Assembly: GCA_027069135.1 (NCBI GenBank)
Contig: JALXFE010000182.1
Coordinates: 67,175-131,174 of the forward strand
Source of the DNA: Thermoanaerobaculia bacterium
GTDB taxonomy: Bacteria > Acidobacteriota > Thermoanaerobaculia > Multivoradales > JAHZIX01
DNA length: 64,000 bases
Direction: 5' to 3'
The notes below the pieces were generated by a model. The model was not told the origin of the DNA and ran no database searches. It saw only the letters and a list, made by a program, of their open reading frames with translations. Each line of letters starts with the position of its first letter. Positions within the stretch are counted from its first letter, which is position 1. Shown piece by piece: positions 61,993 through 64,000 of this stretch. The position numbers and the translations under genes were made by a program.

Positions 61993-64000
61993 ATGATGTC
62001 CGAAGAGAACCAAGAATCCACCGCCACCGTCGAGCGGGGCACCTACGAGATCATCCGCGACCGCTTGCGGGGGCAGGCGGGGGAGCTGCGGACCCGGGCG
62101 GACACGCTCAACCAAGATCGCCTGGAGCTTTTCGGTAGCTCCGAGCTTTCGGTGATCGGCAACGAGAGGATCCGCACCGAGAACAACTGTCTGCCTCGGG
62201 ACATCATCCAGGTCGCCGGTAAGCTTCTTTTCGGCTACAAAGTTTTCTTGGGGCTCAAGACGGAAACCTCCATCGAAGATGTCCTGAGCCTCCATCGGTT
62301 CGAGAAGACCGCCGACGGGTTCAGCTTCGAGACGGTCCCCCCGGGGCCGGAACGGGACATGCTGGACGATTGTCGCTTTGCCGAGGATTTCCACGAGCTC
62401 TACCGCTACTACAAGAACGCCCGTCTCCTGCAGCTGCGGCATCTCGAAGGGGGCAAGGTTCTCGCCGTCTTTCAGATCGGCGCTTCCGTCGATGATATCC
62501 GGGTCTTTCGCTGGGCGGTGTCTCCTTCGGGGGAGGTGACCTACATCGACAATCGGGGCGAGCGGGACCACACCTTCCCGCCGACCCACGATTTCGAATG
62601 GACTCCGACCCGGCGCGAAGACCATGTGCCGGGGCGCCACCCGCATATCAATATTCTGAACGAGGTCTTTGTCGAGACCGTCGGCGGCGACCTGACGATC
62701 AAGGTGGAAGACAACACCGAGGACGGCCGGGGAATTTACCGGGAGCCGGTGGAGGACGCCGATCAAAGTCTCGACGACGCCGAGTTCCTATTCGCCAAGC
62801 TCGGGATTCTGATCCTGCTGAAGATCCGGCCCTACCGGGAGGACGATTGGCGGTACCTGGTCTTCAACACCCGGACCCAAGCGGTCTCCCGCATCGACGC
62901 CATCGGTCATAGCTGCGTGCAATTGCCGGAAGACCACGGCATCATTTTCCCCGGCGGCTACTACCTCCAGAGCGGGGAGACCAAGAGCTTTGCCGCCGAC
63001 GTGGAGGAGCTCAAATTCAAGCGGCGGATCCGTTCCGCCAACGGTGAGGATGTCCTTTATCTCTTCTACCATTTGGCGCAGGGCCGCTTCATCATGCTGC
63101 CCTACAACATGATCCGCAAGGCCGTCGCCAACCCCATCGAAGGCCACGGCTTCAGCCTCTTCGACGATGGCAAGATGGTGGTTTTCAGAGCCACCTCGGA
63201 GGAGCCCACCCGGGTTCACTCCATGCAGATCTGGCAAACGCCCTTCGGCAGTGAGGAGTTGGTCGCGGCGCCGGCCACCGGTTCCTACCTTGAAAAAATC
63301 GGCAATGCGGAGCTGGTGCGGGGTATCTCCGACGCCTTCTCTCTCTGCGCTGCCATTGAAGATCAGCAGCCGACGGTGCAGATCTATGAAGATCTGATCG
63401 CCGCCGCCATGCGGGTGATGGACAGCTACCACTGGCTGGGTCGAGAGGAAGTGGGGGATCTGCTCTCGACGCTCGAGGAGATCCACTCCACAGCAGAGCT
63501 CATCGTCGATGAATTCGAGAAGGTGGAATCCATTCGGCGGCAGGCGAAGCGAGCCGTCGCGGAGGCGGAGGGGCAGCTTGAGAAGCTATTCTCGAGCCTC
63601 CGTCCCGATAGTTGGAACCGCGTCGATGCCTTTGTCGAGGGACTCGCCCAGCTACGCCGCCAGCAGGGGCATCTGATCACTCTCCGGGAGCTGCGCTACG
63701 TCGATCGGGACCACCTGGCGGTTCTTGAGTCCCGGGTCGTCGATCGCTTCGACGAGCTCAGCCAGGACACGACGGGTTTTCTCGTAGGCGACGGGGCTCT
63801 CGTCCCCTATCGGGAGACGGTGAAGGAGATCGAGGGTCGCCTCGAGGGCATCGGGAAAGTCAGCGACGCCGTGCCGGTGCGCTCGGACCTCGATCAACTG
63901 GGCGAGCAGCTGGACCTACTGGCGGATGTGGTGTCGAGTCTCAAGATCGAGGACGCCACGGTGCGGACCCGAATTCTGGAGGAAATCTCTGAAAGTCTGG
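61993..64000 (+). CDS. DUF3686-family large ATPase ('DNA repair ATPase'), 3' truncated by the window; absent from the ORF track
   Basis: Frame open from ATG 61993 to the end: GTYEIIRDRL, RIRTENNCLPRDI, HPHINILNEVFVETVGGDLTIKVEDNT, EDHGIIFPGGYYLQSGE. The P-loop is not within the window. Confidence 0.88.
   Translation, partial: MMSEENQESTATVERGTYEIIRDRLRGQAGELRTRADTLNQDRLELFGSSELSVIGNERIRTENNCLPRDIIQVAGKLLFGYKVFLGLKTETSIEDVLSLHRFEKTADGFSFETVPPGPERDMLDDCRFAEDFHELYRYYKNARLLQLRHLEGGKVLAVFQIGASVDDIRVFRWAVSPSGEVTYIDNRGERDHTFPPTHDFEWTPTRREDHVPGRHPHINILNEVFVETVGGDLTIKVEDNTEDGRGIYREPVEDADQSLDDAEFLFAKLGILILLKIRPYREDDWRYLVFNTRTQAVSRIDAIGHSCVQLPEDHGIIFPGGYYLQSGETKSFAADVEELKFKRRIRSANGEDVLYLFYHLAQGRFIMLPYNMIRKAVANPIEGHGFSLFDDGKMVVFRATSEEPTRVHSMQIWQTPFGSEELVAAPATGSYLEKIGNAELVRGISDAFSLCAAIEDQQPTVQIYEDLIAAAMRVMDSYHWLGREEVGDLLSTLEEIHSTAELIVDEFEKVESIRRQAKRAVAEAEGQLEKLFSSLRPDSWNRVDAFVEGLAQLRRQQGHLITLRELRYVDRDHLAVLESRVVDRFDELSQDTTGFLVGDGALVPYRETVKEIEGRLEGIGKVSDAVPVRSDLDQLGEQLDLLADVVSSLKIEDATVRTRILEEISESL

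Overview
GC-rich bacterial DNA with about 45 genes. The gene content (several CRTAC1/ASPIC-UnbV proteins, CHAT/TPR-ECF sigma modules, a C-terminal IFADGFESGD motif) suggests an Acidobacteriota, Thermoanaerobaculia-like genome; this is inference. In order: (1) 1-12.5 kb, an envelope operon with four FG-GAP/ASPIC-UnbV paralogues, a pentaheme cytochrome c-TPR membrane protein, a DUF3179 selenoprotein that the ORF track splits at an in-frame UGA followed by a SECIS-like hairpin, and a TlpA. (2) A heavy-metal P1B ATPase, a RelBE-type toxin-antitoxin pair and an SF1 helicase-PLD nuclease fusion. (3) 18.9-28.2 kb, a class II lanthipeptide cluster (LanM, Cys-rich LanA, LanT, shortened membrane-fusion protein) with two atypical candidate tailoring enzymes. 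(4) DUF1800/DUF1501 and a Na+/solute symporter. (5) 33.9-41.6 kb, a lipoprotein CHAT protease, a membrane anti-sigma and an ECF sigma, next to a divergent operon (beta-barrel protein, Nal1-like serine protease, acidic/basic pro-protein-like ORF) and a stand-alone lipoprotein copy of the protease pro-domain. (6) Housekeeping and accessory genes, including a metallophosphoesterase fusion with an unannotated 55-aa partner ORF. (7) A YqiJ-flotillin-DUF3686 ATPase operon that runs off the right end. I saw no rRNA, tRNA, CRISPR array or transposase. The best candidates for undescribed biology are the lanthipeptide cluster, the CHAT/anti-sigma/protease/free-pro-domain locus and the selenoprotein operon. 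All family calls come from motif recognition, with no database searches.
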